Of a DNA stretch of 37,931 bases, positions 1 through 8,021 are shown piece by piece (within the stretch, counting starts at the first letter, position 1; each line of letters begins with the position of its first letter). The notes beneath the pieces were generated by a model. It did no database searches, was not told the DNA's origin, and saw only the letters and a program-made list of their open reading frames with translations. The position numbers and the translations under genes are program-made. Origin of the DNA: Euryarchaeota archaeon UBA39 (GTDB taxonomy: Archaea; Thermoplasmatota; Poseidoniia; Poseidoniales; Thalassarchaeaceae); assembly GCA_002503045.1 (NCBI GenBank), contig DAQW01000008.1, forward strand, positions 1 through 37,931, written 5' to 3'.

Positions 1-1
1 A

Positions 2-466
2 TTGTTGGATTGTGTTGGTTCTCCTATTGAAGAATGGTGGCAATTCCGTGAACATCTTCTTGGATTATGCCTTCAGAATCCGACTGATTTGAACTATATG
101 AGGATGAATAAAGTCAACAATACTGACTTACTTTATGCTCATGTAGTCAATGATATGGATATTGATTATCTCCAACAAAGTCCAGAAGATGATATAGATG
201 TTGTTTGGGGTCAATGGACTGACCCTTGGAATCGAACATTTGGCGATGAGAATCATTTGCCTAATCTTGGTAATGGCGAATTTGTTTGGGGCTGGTATAA
301 TTTGGATATAGATGGGGATCAAATTGCCGATGGTACAGATCCGTTTAATTATGATACTGATGGTGATTGGTTGAATGATTATTTCGAAATTGAAGATGAT
401 TTACTTGATGGGATTAGGGGTAACGGTGGTTCTCCAATAAGATATGATGACCGATCTACATCATAA
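2..466 (+). CDS. 3' part of a gene cut by the window edge: C-terminus of a secreted Ca2+-binding repeat protein (thrombospondin type-3-like DxDxDG repeats)
   Basis: The frame is open from the window start to TAA at 464-466. The translation contains DIDGDQIADGTD and DTDGDWLNDYFE, both fitting DxDxDGxxDxx[DE] acidic Ca2+-binding loops. It is Trp/Asp-rich, typical of extracellular repeats. No C-terminal TM segment. Confidence 0.6.
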   Translation: MLDCVGSPIEEWWQFREHLLGLCLQNPTDLNYMRMNKVNNTDLLYAHVVNDMDIDYLQQSPEDDIDVVWGQWTDPWNRTFGDENHLPNLGNGEFVWGWYNLDIDGDQIADGTDPFNYDTDGDWLNDYFEIEDDLLDGIRGNGGSPIRYDDRSTS

Positions 467-488
467 TATGACCGTCCGAGGTCATATT
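465..488. repeat. Perfect 9-bp inverted repeat AATATGACC-N6-GGTCATATT overlapping the stop codon of the upstream gene and about 30 nt before the ATG of the giant gene
   Basis: Read directly: arms at 465-473 and 480-488, 6-nt spacer GTCCGA. It could be an RNA hairpin (3' end or processing) or a dyad operator in the promoter of 517-6066. No oligo-T tract follows it. The repeat itself is certain; the function is not. Confidence 0.5.
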
Positions 489-516
489 CAAAGGCGGTTG
501 CTACACTACAGGTACT

Positions 517-3500
517 ATGAGCGGCAGCACTTCGGCGTCTATTGTTGGCCGATCGAGCCCCTTGTTGTTGGTTTCTATTTTTTTGTTGGCTTCGTTAGTC
601 CCACTTTTTTCATCAATCGATGAGGTAGAAGCTAATCAGAGTGGTCGCCATATCTATACATTTTCAGATGGCACTTCTAGCGCTATTGCTCTTGCATCTC
701 CAGGTTCTCCTGCTCGTAACATAATGGTTAGTTTACCCAAAGGTGCTGAAGTTTTGGATGCAGAATTAACGTTGTCTGGTGCGTCTTCAACTGGATGGAA
801 TCAGGTGACTACAATTAATCGAGCAGATTGGTTGTCAGGTGAATCCAATTCAGTTGAACCACGTTCTGATGACTTATCTTTAGGATTTGATAATCCTGAG
901 ATAGATTTCGTACCCTATGGTATCGATTCTACTTCTACTTCTGGAGATGCATGGTATGATGATGCTTCTTTTTCAATCCGTCAACCACATTCAACCAATG
1001 CTTCTGAATCTCGTTTTTCCCAACAAAGTTCAATGTCTACTACTTCTGTTGGAACTTATTCAGGTGCTGTTTTCAAACATCGTGATTGGTTAGTAGCATC
1101 CGATCTTCGTTCAACATCATTTGGGGGGATGCTCCGATTATTACATGCCAATAATGGGACTCAGGTCCAGGGTGCTGCTTTCAATAATGGAATGATTTCA
1201 ATAGACACTGATAGTTGTTCCATCCCTTCACTTCCATTCACTTGGTCAGGTTATGGAATTCGAGATTGGGCAATTACTGATGATGAAAGAGCATTCGGAC
1301 TTCTTACCACGTATTATTCCTCTACATCCTCTCAATATCATCGAATTATCGAATTTGATATTCGTTATATTACTGAGTGGAAATGCTTAGGGGTTCACGA
1401 CCCATCTTCAAATAACCATGGAGATTATTCAGGAATATCTTATGATAGAAGTAGGGATTTAATTTGGGTGAATCATAATTTGTTAAATCGAGTAGTAGCT
1501 TATCATCCTGAAGATGGTAGTTTTACTAGAAACTCCACACTGTATTACAGTTATTTCATGAGTAGTGGAACTCCAAGAGGAATGGTTGTCAATGGTTCAT
1601 ATGTATATTTTAGAACGTACTCTTCTTGGCAACAAGATCGATTAGATGCATATGCGATTACTGGAAATATTGGTTCTACTTTAACCCAACAACAAGGGGC
1701 TAGATCTATCCCTGCGAATGGTTATGGATTGGTATATGATGGTCAAAGATTACTCACTCAAGACTACTATTCTTGGTCTACAGCATATTATCGAGAATAT
1801 GGATCGGGTTGGGCTTACGAGATTTCTCCTGTACCAGGGACATCTACTTGGGTAAGTCATACTCATGAAACCGATGAAGAAATATTAGCAGCTAACATGG
1901 AAGTAGATTGGAGTGCAAGTGCAGCAGGTGATCGAGTAGATTATTGGATATCTGCAGATAATGGGACGCATTGGGAGCCAGTAACAAATAATGAAACAAT
2001 ACGATTCACCCACACTGGAACTCAACTTAGATGGAAACTGGAACTCATTGGGTCTACTGCAATTGCTTGGTGGTCATCAATTGAATATTCTACTGCATAC
2101 GCATCTATTGGAGATTGGACCAGTGATCTAGTTCAGACTGGAACTGAGATTGGAAGAGTTCGAGCTACGTGGATTGCAGATATCCCTACAGATACCTCAT
2201 TGGAAGTACATGTTTCTGCAGATAATGGAACAAATTGGCAAGAAATAGAGAATAATGTGGAAGTTCAGTTTGACAATACTTCATTTTCAGGTGCAGGTAA
2301 TCGATTGAAGTATAGATTATTGATGCAGACAAATGACTCCAGTGTTACCCCAGTAGTAGAGAATCTTGTTATCAATTATGAAGAAGGTTGGCCTGCAAGT
2401 GTCCGATTAGATATTGGAAACGATGGAACAATGGAATTTACCCATACAGGTGTTTTAACAGACCCACAAGTCGCAGATAATCAACAAATGATTGATGCAT
2501 TCAATGATCATACTATTCAGAATGGTGAAGGTAATACAGACATTATTTTAGCAATTCATGCAGGTTCTGCAGGTCGTATTTTATTGAGTAATTTGGATAT
2601 CACTTACAGATATGGATCTCGTGTAATTGAGGCTACAATGGAAGGTGGTACGATAGTTCCTGATGGTGAGCATCGTAATCTAATTGTTAGAGCAGCTGTT
2701 GGTGATGTTGCATCTTCATTGCTTCGACTTGATGTTGATATTATGTCTGGTCAAGGCTCGACTCCTCGTCTAACTTGGATTAGTGGCAATACCTGTTCCG
2801 TCTCAAATGATCCACTGGGATTGGTATCTTTTGATTATTCAAATTGTAGTTCTCAAGAAATAGGTGGAATTACTTCTATTCGGATGCCAATTATGCCAAA
2901 TTGGGCATGGGATGATGAAAACGATGTTGAGGTCAGAGTGGATTTAGAAGATGATCTTGGCCTTGCAGTAAATGATTATGAAACTGAAAGTTTGGATCTA
3001 AGAGTCGAGAATGACATCGTCCTTGGGGCTCTAGAAGTAACTGACGAGACAGGTAGAGTTTTACTCCCATCAGATTGGATGAGAGGTGGCCTAAATGCTA
3101 CATTTACAGGTACAATTTCCTTTGAAGATACTTCTCGATATCCTAGGCCTGGTAATTTTGGCCTTCAAGTAATTGGTAGGAATTTGACATTAGATGGACT
3201 TCCGATGGAAGAACCGACAATGTTTGTCAACCAATCTAATCCCTCATATGGCCTATATTCGATGACATTTCAAACTCCTTTCCAGTCCTCTCCCGGAGGA
3301 ATGCTTTTCGAAGTTGGAGTTTTCAATATGAAAAACGGTTCTAATTTTGTTAATCCCGGGCAGAATACAATCAAATTAGTTCTAGATGGTGTTAGTCCAT
3401 TGGTAATTGCTTCAACTCCAAGTGATGGGGACGAGATGCATGCTGGGAATCAACCGATTTCAATTACAATTCAAGATTCTGTAGATCCACCGGAAGAAAT

Positions 3501-6066
3501 TACAGTACATTATTGGATAGAAAATCAATCTGATTTGAATTACAATAAGGTACCCGATAGATCTGAATATTCGTCTATGTTATTCCGGTCCCCTGAAATT
3601 CAACCTGGTGGGATCAATGTTTTCAATGGGATATTAGATGATTCTTGGAACGTTCATAAAGAACGAGTATCTATTTATGTTACTGGAGAGGATACTAGTG
3701 GAAATACGATTGCTTTAGGCGGTGATGCAATTTGTCCCGAACCTCCATCTCCTTGCAACAAAGATATCCGAGGGATTTCTGATTGGAATGAAGATTTGGT
3801 TACGTATATCAATAGAGAAGAATTTGAACCCTCTCTAGTTTCTGAAAATAGTACGATAATAGGACATGATGATGAAACGCCGCTTCACCCTGGTATCCAA
3901 TATTTGGCTAGATTGAGAATTGAGGATGGTAATGGCTGGCAAGATATTCGTTCAATTCAAATGGCATTAGCAGGGGATTTATCTGACCCCGAACAATCAA
4001 TCTATGGCAATGTATCATTTTCTTCAGATGGTTCTCCATCAATACAATTCGAATCAGGTGGCGAAGGACTTGCTGTTTCCAATTTGTATAGCACATATGG
4101 GCCCAACCCTATGGCAACAGAAATTGATTCTTCAGAACTTTTCGTCGATATTCGTTTCCAACTTACCTGGTGGTTCCCTGAAGAGTTTGACACAGATGGG
4201 GAAACGACGTTTATCCCTGTCATTGAAGTCACAGATTGGCCATGTAACGTGGGTGAAACTATACCTTGTCACGATGATAGAGGAGGTTTAGGGTTTGACG
4301 AGTGGAGTTTAGACAACGATCTTCGTTTTGATCTTGGAGAGGGTCATCTTACTGCAACAGACTTGGCAACTGGACGTAATGTCTTTGATGGAGATGAATC
4401 TTCAGGTCCTAGTTTGATAGCAGCCGGACAAGTGGTAAGAATTGAAGGGAAACTGTTGTTCAGTGAGGATTTAGTTCCGGCTCCCGGTGGTGCTTGCGAT
4501 ATTGTTGTTTCAGATTTAGATAACGTATGGGTTGCAATTCCAAGAGAAGATGGTCATTTCACTCTAGATATTCTTGTACCTAATTTACAATCCGGATATC
4601 TCGATGCTTCTATGAGCTTAGATTCACTCCCGGGTCTTGCTCAAGATGAAACTGAAAGCACTCCTCGTTTACAACTATCAGTAGATGGGACTCCTCCTCA
4701 AATCAAGGAAATTGCCCCAACTGGAGATGTTCGTATAGATCGAGCATCACAAGTTCAGATTAATTTGTTAGCTTCAGATTCTAGTGGTTTTGATGAGGAT
4801 TTATCCAGCGTCCTTCATTATCGAATCAGAGCAGGTTCTAGTGAAATTTCTAGAGGCAGTGTGCCTTTGTCAGAATTAACCGAGATTCAAAGTGAAGCTA
4901 TGTGGAGTGGAAAGCTGGATCTTACAGATGGTGGTGCAACTGCATTGTTACCTGGTTATCTTGTCGATGTATGGATTACAGGTTCAGATCGAGCCGGCAA
5001 TCCCTATGATAACAATATGAATTCCGAAATTCAACCGTTTGATACTTGGCGATTGGTTAGAGTAGGTCCCGAGATAGATTTGCCTAGTTCTTCAATCAAA
5101 TGGTCCGACCCTTCTCCTACTGGGGGAGATATAGTCTCACTTATGATTGAAGGGAGTAATCCGTTGGAGTATGAGGGCGAGATAAAATTCGTTATTCAAA
5201 ATGAGGTATCTCCTGGTATTTGGTCTGATGTTGATGGTGCTGAAACAGATTTGAATATTCTACCTGATTCTACATATGATGCTGCAATTGATTTACTAAC
5301 ATTAGGTGTTGATTCTACAGAGGTTCAACGTTATCGATTAGTTGCTAGAGATGGCCATATTGACGTTGATATTCTCACATTAGAATCTCTAATTGTTCAA
5401 CCTTATCAGGCAAGAGATGGTGAGGCATTGGGTCAACAAATTGAGGAAGGCCAATTGACATTTTTACTATATCTTGCTGCTTTGTTCGGTTTAATATTTG
5501 GAACCATAATGTTAGTGTTGTATCGGCAAGAAAATACCTCAGAAGACGATGAAACAGTAACTGATGAGGAGCAAACAGATTTGGTTGTGGAATCAATGAA
5601 TTCTCAAAAGGCCAGAACAAATCCACCCCCTCCACCTATGCCCATTACTCCTCCAAAGTCTGCTGTCCCTCCTCCCGTGGCTAAATCACCTCCTCCAATG
5701 CCTGCTGGTTTACAGTCCTCAACTCCAACTGTCCAAACTGAATTGCCAACACAGAATCCTAAGCCATTACAATGGAGCGATGAACAATTAATTTCTCAAG
5801 GATGGACCGCAGAGCAGATTGCAGTGTGGAGAACACAACAAGCTCAGACGACATACCAACAAGCTACTCCTAGTCAGGATGTAACTGGAGGAGTTGCGGG
5901 GGCGTCCTATTCTGACAGAGTAGTCTCTCATTTGATGCAGAAGTATAGCCTGACTGATCGCGCCTCATTTTTGGCTGCGGCAGAGTTCTTTGATGCAGAT
6001 GGGAACCGATATCTGACTGCTGAGGAATTAGAAAAGACTGCACGCAGTCTTGGTGAAGGGGCCTGA
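517..6066 (+). CDS. Giant (1849 aa) secreted, C-terminally membrane-anchored surface protein with Asp-box jelly-roll modules, Ig/cadherin-like repeats, and a cytoplasmic proline-rich tail ending in an EF-hand
   Basis: ATG at 517. N-terminal signal-like segment LLLVSIFLLASLVPLF. Uninterrupted 5.5-kb ORF. Two SxDxGxxW Asp-box motifs. Repeated D-G-x-x-P modules (LDGVSPLVIASTP, VDGTPPQIKEIAP) typical of Ig-like surface repeats. A single hydrophobic helix LTFLLYLAALFGLIFGTIMLVLY at 5455-5523 is followed by a 180-aa tail. Confidence 0.85.
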   Translation: MSGSTSASIVGRSSPLLLVSIFLLASLVPLFSSIDEVEANQSGRHIYTFSDGTSSAIALASPGSPARNIMVSLPKGAEVLDAELTLSGASSTGWNQVTTINRADWLSGESNSVEPRSDDLSLGFDNPEIDFVPYGIDSTSTSGDAWYDDASFSIRQPHSTNASESRFSQQSSMSTTSVGTYSGAVFKHRDWLVASDLRSTSFGGMLRLLHANNGTQVQGAAFNNGMISIDTDSCSIPSLPFTWSGYGIRDWAITDDERAFGLLTTYYSSTSSQYHRIIEFDIRYITEWKCLGVHDPSSNNHGDYSGISYDRSRDLIWVNHNLLNRVVAYHPEDGSFTRNSTLYYSYFMSSGTPRGMVVNGSYVYFRTYSSWQQDRLDAYAITGNIGSTLTQQQGARSIPANGYGLVYDGQRLLTQDYYSWSTAYYREYGSGWAYEISPVPGTSTWVSHTHETDEEILAANMEVDWSASAAGDRVDYWISADNGTHWEPVTNNETIRFTHTGTQLRWKLELIGSTAIAWWSSIEYSTAYASIGDWTSDLVQTGTEIGRVRATWIADIPTDTSLEVHVSADNGTNWQEIENNVEVQFDNTSFSGAGNRLKYRLLMQTNDSSVTPVVENLVINYEEGWPASVRLDIGNDGTMEFTHTGVLTDPQVADNQQMIDAFNDHTIQNGEGNTDIILAIHAGSAGRILLSNLDITYRYGSRVIEATMEGGTIVPDGEHRNLIVRAAVGDVASSLLRLDVDIMSGQGSTPRLTWISGNTCSVSNDPLGLVSFDYSNCSSQEIGGITSIRMPIMPNWAWDDENDVEVRVDLEDDLGLAVNDYETESLDLRVENDIVLGALEVTDETGRVLLPSDWMRGGLNATFTGTISFEDTSRYPRPGNFGLQVIGRNLTLDGLPMEEPTMFVNQSNPSYGLYSMTFQTPFQSSPGGMLFEVGVFNMKNGSNFVNPGQNTIKLVLDGVSPLVIASTPSDGDEMHAGNQPISITIQDSVDPPEEITVHYWIENQSDLNYNKVPDRSEYSSMLFRSPEIQPGGINVFNGILDDSWNVHKERVSIYVTGEDTSGNTIALGGDAICPEPPSPCNKDIRGISDWNEDLVTYINREEFEPSLVSENSTIIGHDDETPLHPGIQYLARLRIEDGNGWQDIRSIQMALAGDLSDPEQSIYGNVSFSSDGSPSIQFESGGEGLAVSNLYSTYGPNPMATEIDSSELFVDIRFQLTWWFPEEFDTDGETTFIPVIEVTDWPCNVGETIPCHDDRGGLGFDEWSLDNDLRFDLGEGHLTATDLATGRNVFDGDESSGPSLIAAGQVVRIEGKLLFSEDLVPAPGGACDIVVSDLDNVWVAIPREDGHFTLDILVPNLQSGYLDASMSLDSLPGLAQDETESTPRLQLSVDGTPPQIKEIAPTGDVRIDRASQVQINLLASDSSGFDEDLSSVLHYRIRAGSSEISRGSVPLSELTEIQSEAMWSGKLDLTDGGATALLPGYLVDVWITGSDRAGNPYDNNMNSEIQPFDTWRLVRVGPEIDLPSSSIKWSDPSPTGGDIVSLMIEGSNPLEYEGEIKFVIQNEVSPGIWSDVDGAETDLNILPDSTYDAAIDLLTLGVDSTEVQRYRLVARDGHIDVDILTLESLIVQPYQARDGEALGQQIEEGQLTFLLYLAALFGLIFGTIMLVLYRQENTSEDDETVTDEEQTDLVVESMNSQKARTNPPPPPMPITPPKSAVPPPVAKSPPPMPAGLQSSTPTVQTELPTQNPKPLQWSDEQLISQGWTAEQIAVWRTQQAQTTYQQATPSQDVTGGVAGASYSDRVVSHLMQKYSLTDRASFLAAAEFFDADGNRYLTAEELEKTARSLGEGA
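1951..2238 (+). other. Two Asp-box (BNR-type SxDxGxxW) motifs in tandem homologous modules of the giant protein
   Basis: SADNGTHW at 1951-1974 and SADNGTNW at 2215-2238. The flanks are similar too (DYWISADNGTHWEPVTNNETIRF versus EVHVSADNGTNWQEIENNVEVQF), indicating an internal domain duplication. Confidence 0.7.
5623..5703 (+). other. Poly-proline tract in the predicted cytoplasmic tail of the giant protein
   Basis: Translation is PPPPPMPITPPKSAVPPPVAKSPPPMP. It lies about 33 aa after the only C-terminal TM helix. With an N-terminal signal peptide, the tail is predicted to be inside the cell. Confidence 0.7.
5992..6027 (+). other. Canonical 12-residue EF-hand Ca2+-binding loop at the extreme C-terminus of the giant protein
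   Basis: DADGNRYLTAEE fits the EF-loop pattern: D1, D3, N5, G at position 4 rather than 6 with R at 6 (a variant), hydrophobic L8, E12. It is flanked by helix-prone ASFLAAAEFF and LEKTARSL. Only one clear loop is visible. Confidence 0.6.
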
Positions 6067-6074
6067 GTTTTCTC

Positions 6075-6539
6075 ATGTCCGAAGCGATGCCTTCAGTTTC
6101 TTCATCAAGTACCGAGAAGATGTTGTTTCTACAGGAGAATATGGTTCATTTTGTTAATCAGATGTCGATGCCTGTTATTGAAGTAAGTTTGGTGATTTCT
6201 AAATATCTTAAGAGACTGGTTGATGTTCTTGAAGAACGTGCACAAAAAGAAGATGAGGAACTATCTAGTGAAATACTAAACCCTTGGCCTATAGAGTCGG
6301 ATTCTAGTGCTGGAGACCGACCTGGAATGGCTTTAGACAGAATCTTAGAGATAGTTGACATTGATCGCATGGATATTTTAGATACTATGATTCGAACAAT
6401 CATTAACGGAACTGAATTACCGTTTATTGACGCAGTTCTGGCATTAAGAAGATGGGAACATCTCGCTAGAAATCAACTATCGAGGGCATCTGGAACTGGC
6501 CAACTATTCTCCCCAATGATTTTACCCGCTGACTTCTGA
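6075..6539 (+). CDS. Hypothetical acidic, predicted cytosolic, helical protein (154 aa), 9 nt downstream of the giant gene
   Basis: ATG at 6075. No TM segment. Acidic helical composition (EERAQKEDEELSSE, LDRILEIVDIDRMDILDTMIRT). I recognise no family. The spacing suggests co-transcription with 517-6066. Confidence 0.55.
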   Translation: MSEAMPSVSSSSTEKMLFLQENMVHFVNQMSMPVIEVSLVISKYLKRLVDVLEERAQKEDEELSSEILNPWPIESDSSAGDRPGMALDRILEIVDIDRMDILDTMIRTIINGTELPFIDAVLALRRWEHLARNQLSRASGTGQLFSPMILPADF

Positions 6540-6893
6540 TACATTCAGGATTGACGAATCTTTCGCAACTCGATTATTTGCTACCCACCATGCGTCTACA
6601 ATGGAAAATAACCACAATAAAGGCCAAAGTACGATAGATAGTAACAGTGGGATTTGTAATAAGAACCAATCTCTTGCTTTACCATGTTCTCGATTGAAGT
6701 GCTGTCCTAAGAATAGGAATGGAATCAATGCCAATAATATAGCAAATAGTGGTCTCATTGCACCCCAAGGTCCAACTCCACCAGTGAATTCATACCAAAT
6801 TATTCGAGATACATTGATTGGAGATTTAGCTCGATTTTGGATTTTTTCAGCCAAGTCGAATTCGTCATTTTCGACCTCTACTGTCTCCACCAT
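6522..6893 (-). CDS. Small membrane protein, possibly TM2-domain-like (123 aa from the ATG at 6893)
   Basis: Two hydrophobic helices (LFAILLALIPFLFLG, LLLSIVLWPLLWLFSIV) plus LGQH....G and WLFSIVDAWW segments loosely resembling the TM2 domain pattern. The ORF-track start at 6971 is a TTG lying only 27 nt from the divergent gene; the first ATG is at 6893. The 3' end overlaps 6075-6539 by 18 nt (convergent). Confidence 0.5.
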   Translation of the reverse strand: MVETVEVENDEFDLAEKIQNRAKSPINVSRIIWYEFTGGVGPWGAMRPLFAILLALIPFLFLGQHFNREHGKARDWFLLQIPLLLSIVLWPLLWLFSIVDAWWVANNRVAKDSSILNVSEVSG

Positions 6894-6998
6894 GTGTTGT
6901 GGTGTACATTGCTGCTTCTCAAGTTCTCTGTTCTTCTGTGTAAGAAAGACAGTTTCTCGGAAGTTATTCAATTAGGCAATAACTGGGGAGTCATACCG

Positions 6999-8021
6999 AT
7001 GTACAAGATTTTGATTACTGGATTTGAACCGTTCGCTGGACTGGAGACCAATGTGAGCGAGATTGTAGCTAATTCCTTGGATTCAAAAACGTTCAATATT
7101 AATCTAGGTGAAATTGGAATTGGTATCAGGAAAATTCGTGACCGAAATCCGTTGTTATCTGTTCGTTCTGAGATTCTCACTGTAGATAGAAGTGGGAGTA
7201 ACTGCATTTCAAATGTTCTTCAATCAGATTCAATAAATGATATAGATGCAATAATACATCTCGGATTAGCAAGAGGGGCTTTGATTCCGAGAATAGAAAC
7301 TAAGGGCTTGAACATGAATCGATTCTCATCTCCAGATAATGAGGGTAGAATTGCCAATGGAGAAATTATTCCGGGAGCACCTTCAGAAATTCCTATTTCT
7401 GTATCGCTTGAATCACTTCAAAATGAGAATCTCAAATATCCATTTGAATTTAGTGAAGATGCAGGAGGTTTTGTATGTAATGAAACACTATTCAATACGC
7501 TTCATGCATTACAATCTTTAGATCGAAATTTACCCTGTATTTTTGTTCACTTACCTTCAGAAGAAACCATGTGTATTGACGAACAAATCGAATTTGTATC
7601 ATTAATCTCTGGAATAATTGTACAACCTAAGCATATCGATGTAGTGGCGGCGATTTTTGAGGACGAAGGAAATTGGTTTGCTAGTAGGAGAAAAGGGCCT
7701 TTACACACAGATAAATGGGAATTCCCTGGTGGAAAAATTGAGAATGGTGAAACTGAAGAGGCCTCATTGGTTAGAGAATGTAAAGAAGAATTAGATTGGG
7801 ACATAACACCTGAGGAGAAAATTTTGGTAATTGATCATAAGTATCCAGATTTCACAGTCACAATTCATTTTTGGAGATGTATTTCACTAAGTAATCATCC
7901 TCCTGCTAATCATAGTCACACCGAACATCGTTGGATTAAAACATCATTACTTGGGGATTTTGATTGGCTAGATGCAGATATCCCATTGATAGAATTCATT
8001 CAGTCAGGATTCAAAATTTAA
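6999..8021 (+). CDS. pcp: Fusion protein: pyroglutamyl (pyrrolidone-carboxylate) peptidase I (C15) domain plus Nudix (MutT-like) hydrolase domain
   Basis: MYKILITGFEPFAG is a typical Pcp N-terminus. GGFVCNETLF is the Pcp nucleophile motif (Cys codon 7476-7478). CIFVHLP is the His motif. The C-terminal 130 aa carry a full Nudix box. The ORF-track N-terminal extension (6837-6998) reads as nonsense and overlaps the opposite gene. Confidence 0.8.
   Translation: MYKILITGFEPFAGLETNVSEIVANSLDSKTFNINLGEIGIGIRKIRDRNPLLSVRSEILTVDRSGSNCISNVLQSDSINDIDAIIHLGLARGALIPRIETKGLNMNRFSSPDNEGRIANGEIIPGAPSEIPISVSLESLQNENLKYPFEFSEDAGGFVCNETLFNTLHALQSLDRNLPCIFVHLPSEETMCIDEQIEFVSLISGIIVQPKHIDVVAAIFEDEGNWFASRRKGPLHTDKWEFPGGKIENGETEEASLVRECKEELDWDITPEEKILVIDHKYPDFTVTIHFWRCISLSNHPPANHSHTEHRWIKTSLLGDFDWLDADIPLIEFIQSGFKI
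7731..7799 (+). other. Nudix box (GX5EX7REUXEEXGU)
   Basis: GKIENGETEEASLVRECKEELDW matches every fixed position (G1, E7, R15, E16, E19, E20) except G22, which is D. Confidence 0.85.

Noticed and set aside
5623-5703. Reading the poly-proline tails as evidence for a eukaryote-like profilin/SH3 cytoskeletal system.
   Set aside because: Nothing in this window encodes a candidate proline-binding or actin-like protein, and proline-rich linkers are common spacer sequences. I keep this only as a testable idea inside the tail findings, not as a claim.
6601-6998. Plus-strand ORF 6601-6975 and the 54-aa N-terminal extension of the Pcp-Nudix ORF (6837-6998).
   Set aside because: Both translate to Cys/Phe/Ser-rich nonsense. 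MYKILITGFEPFAG at 6999 is the canonical Pcp N-terminus, and the minus strand here encodes a protein with proper TM helices.
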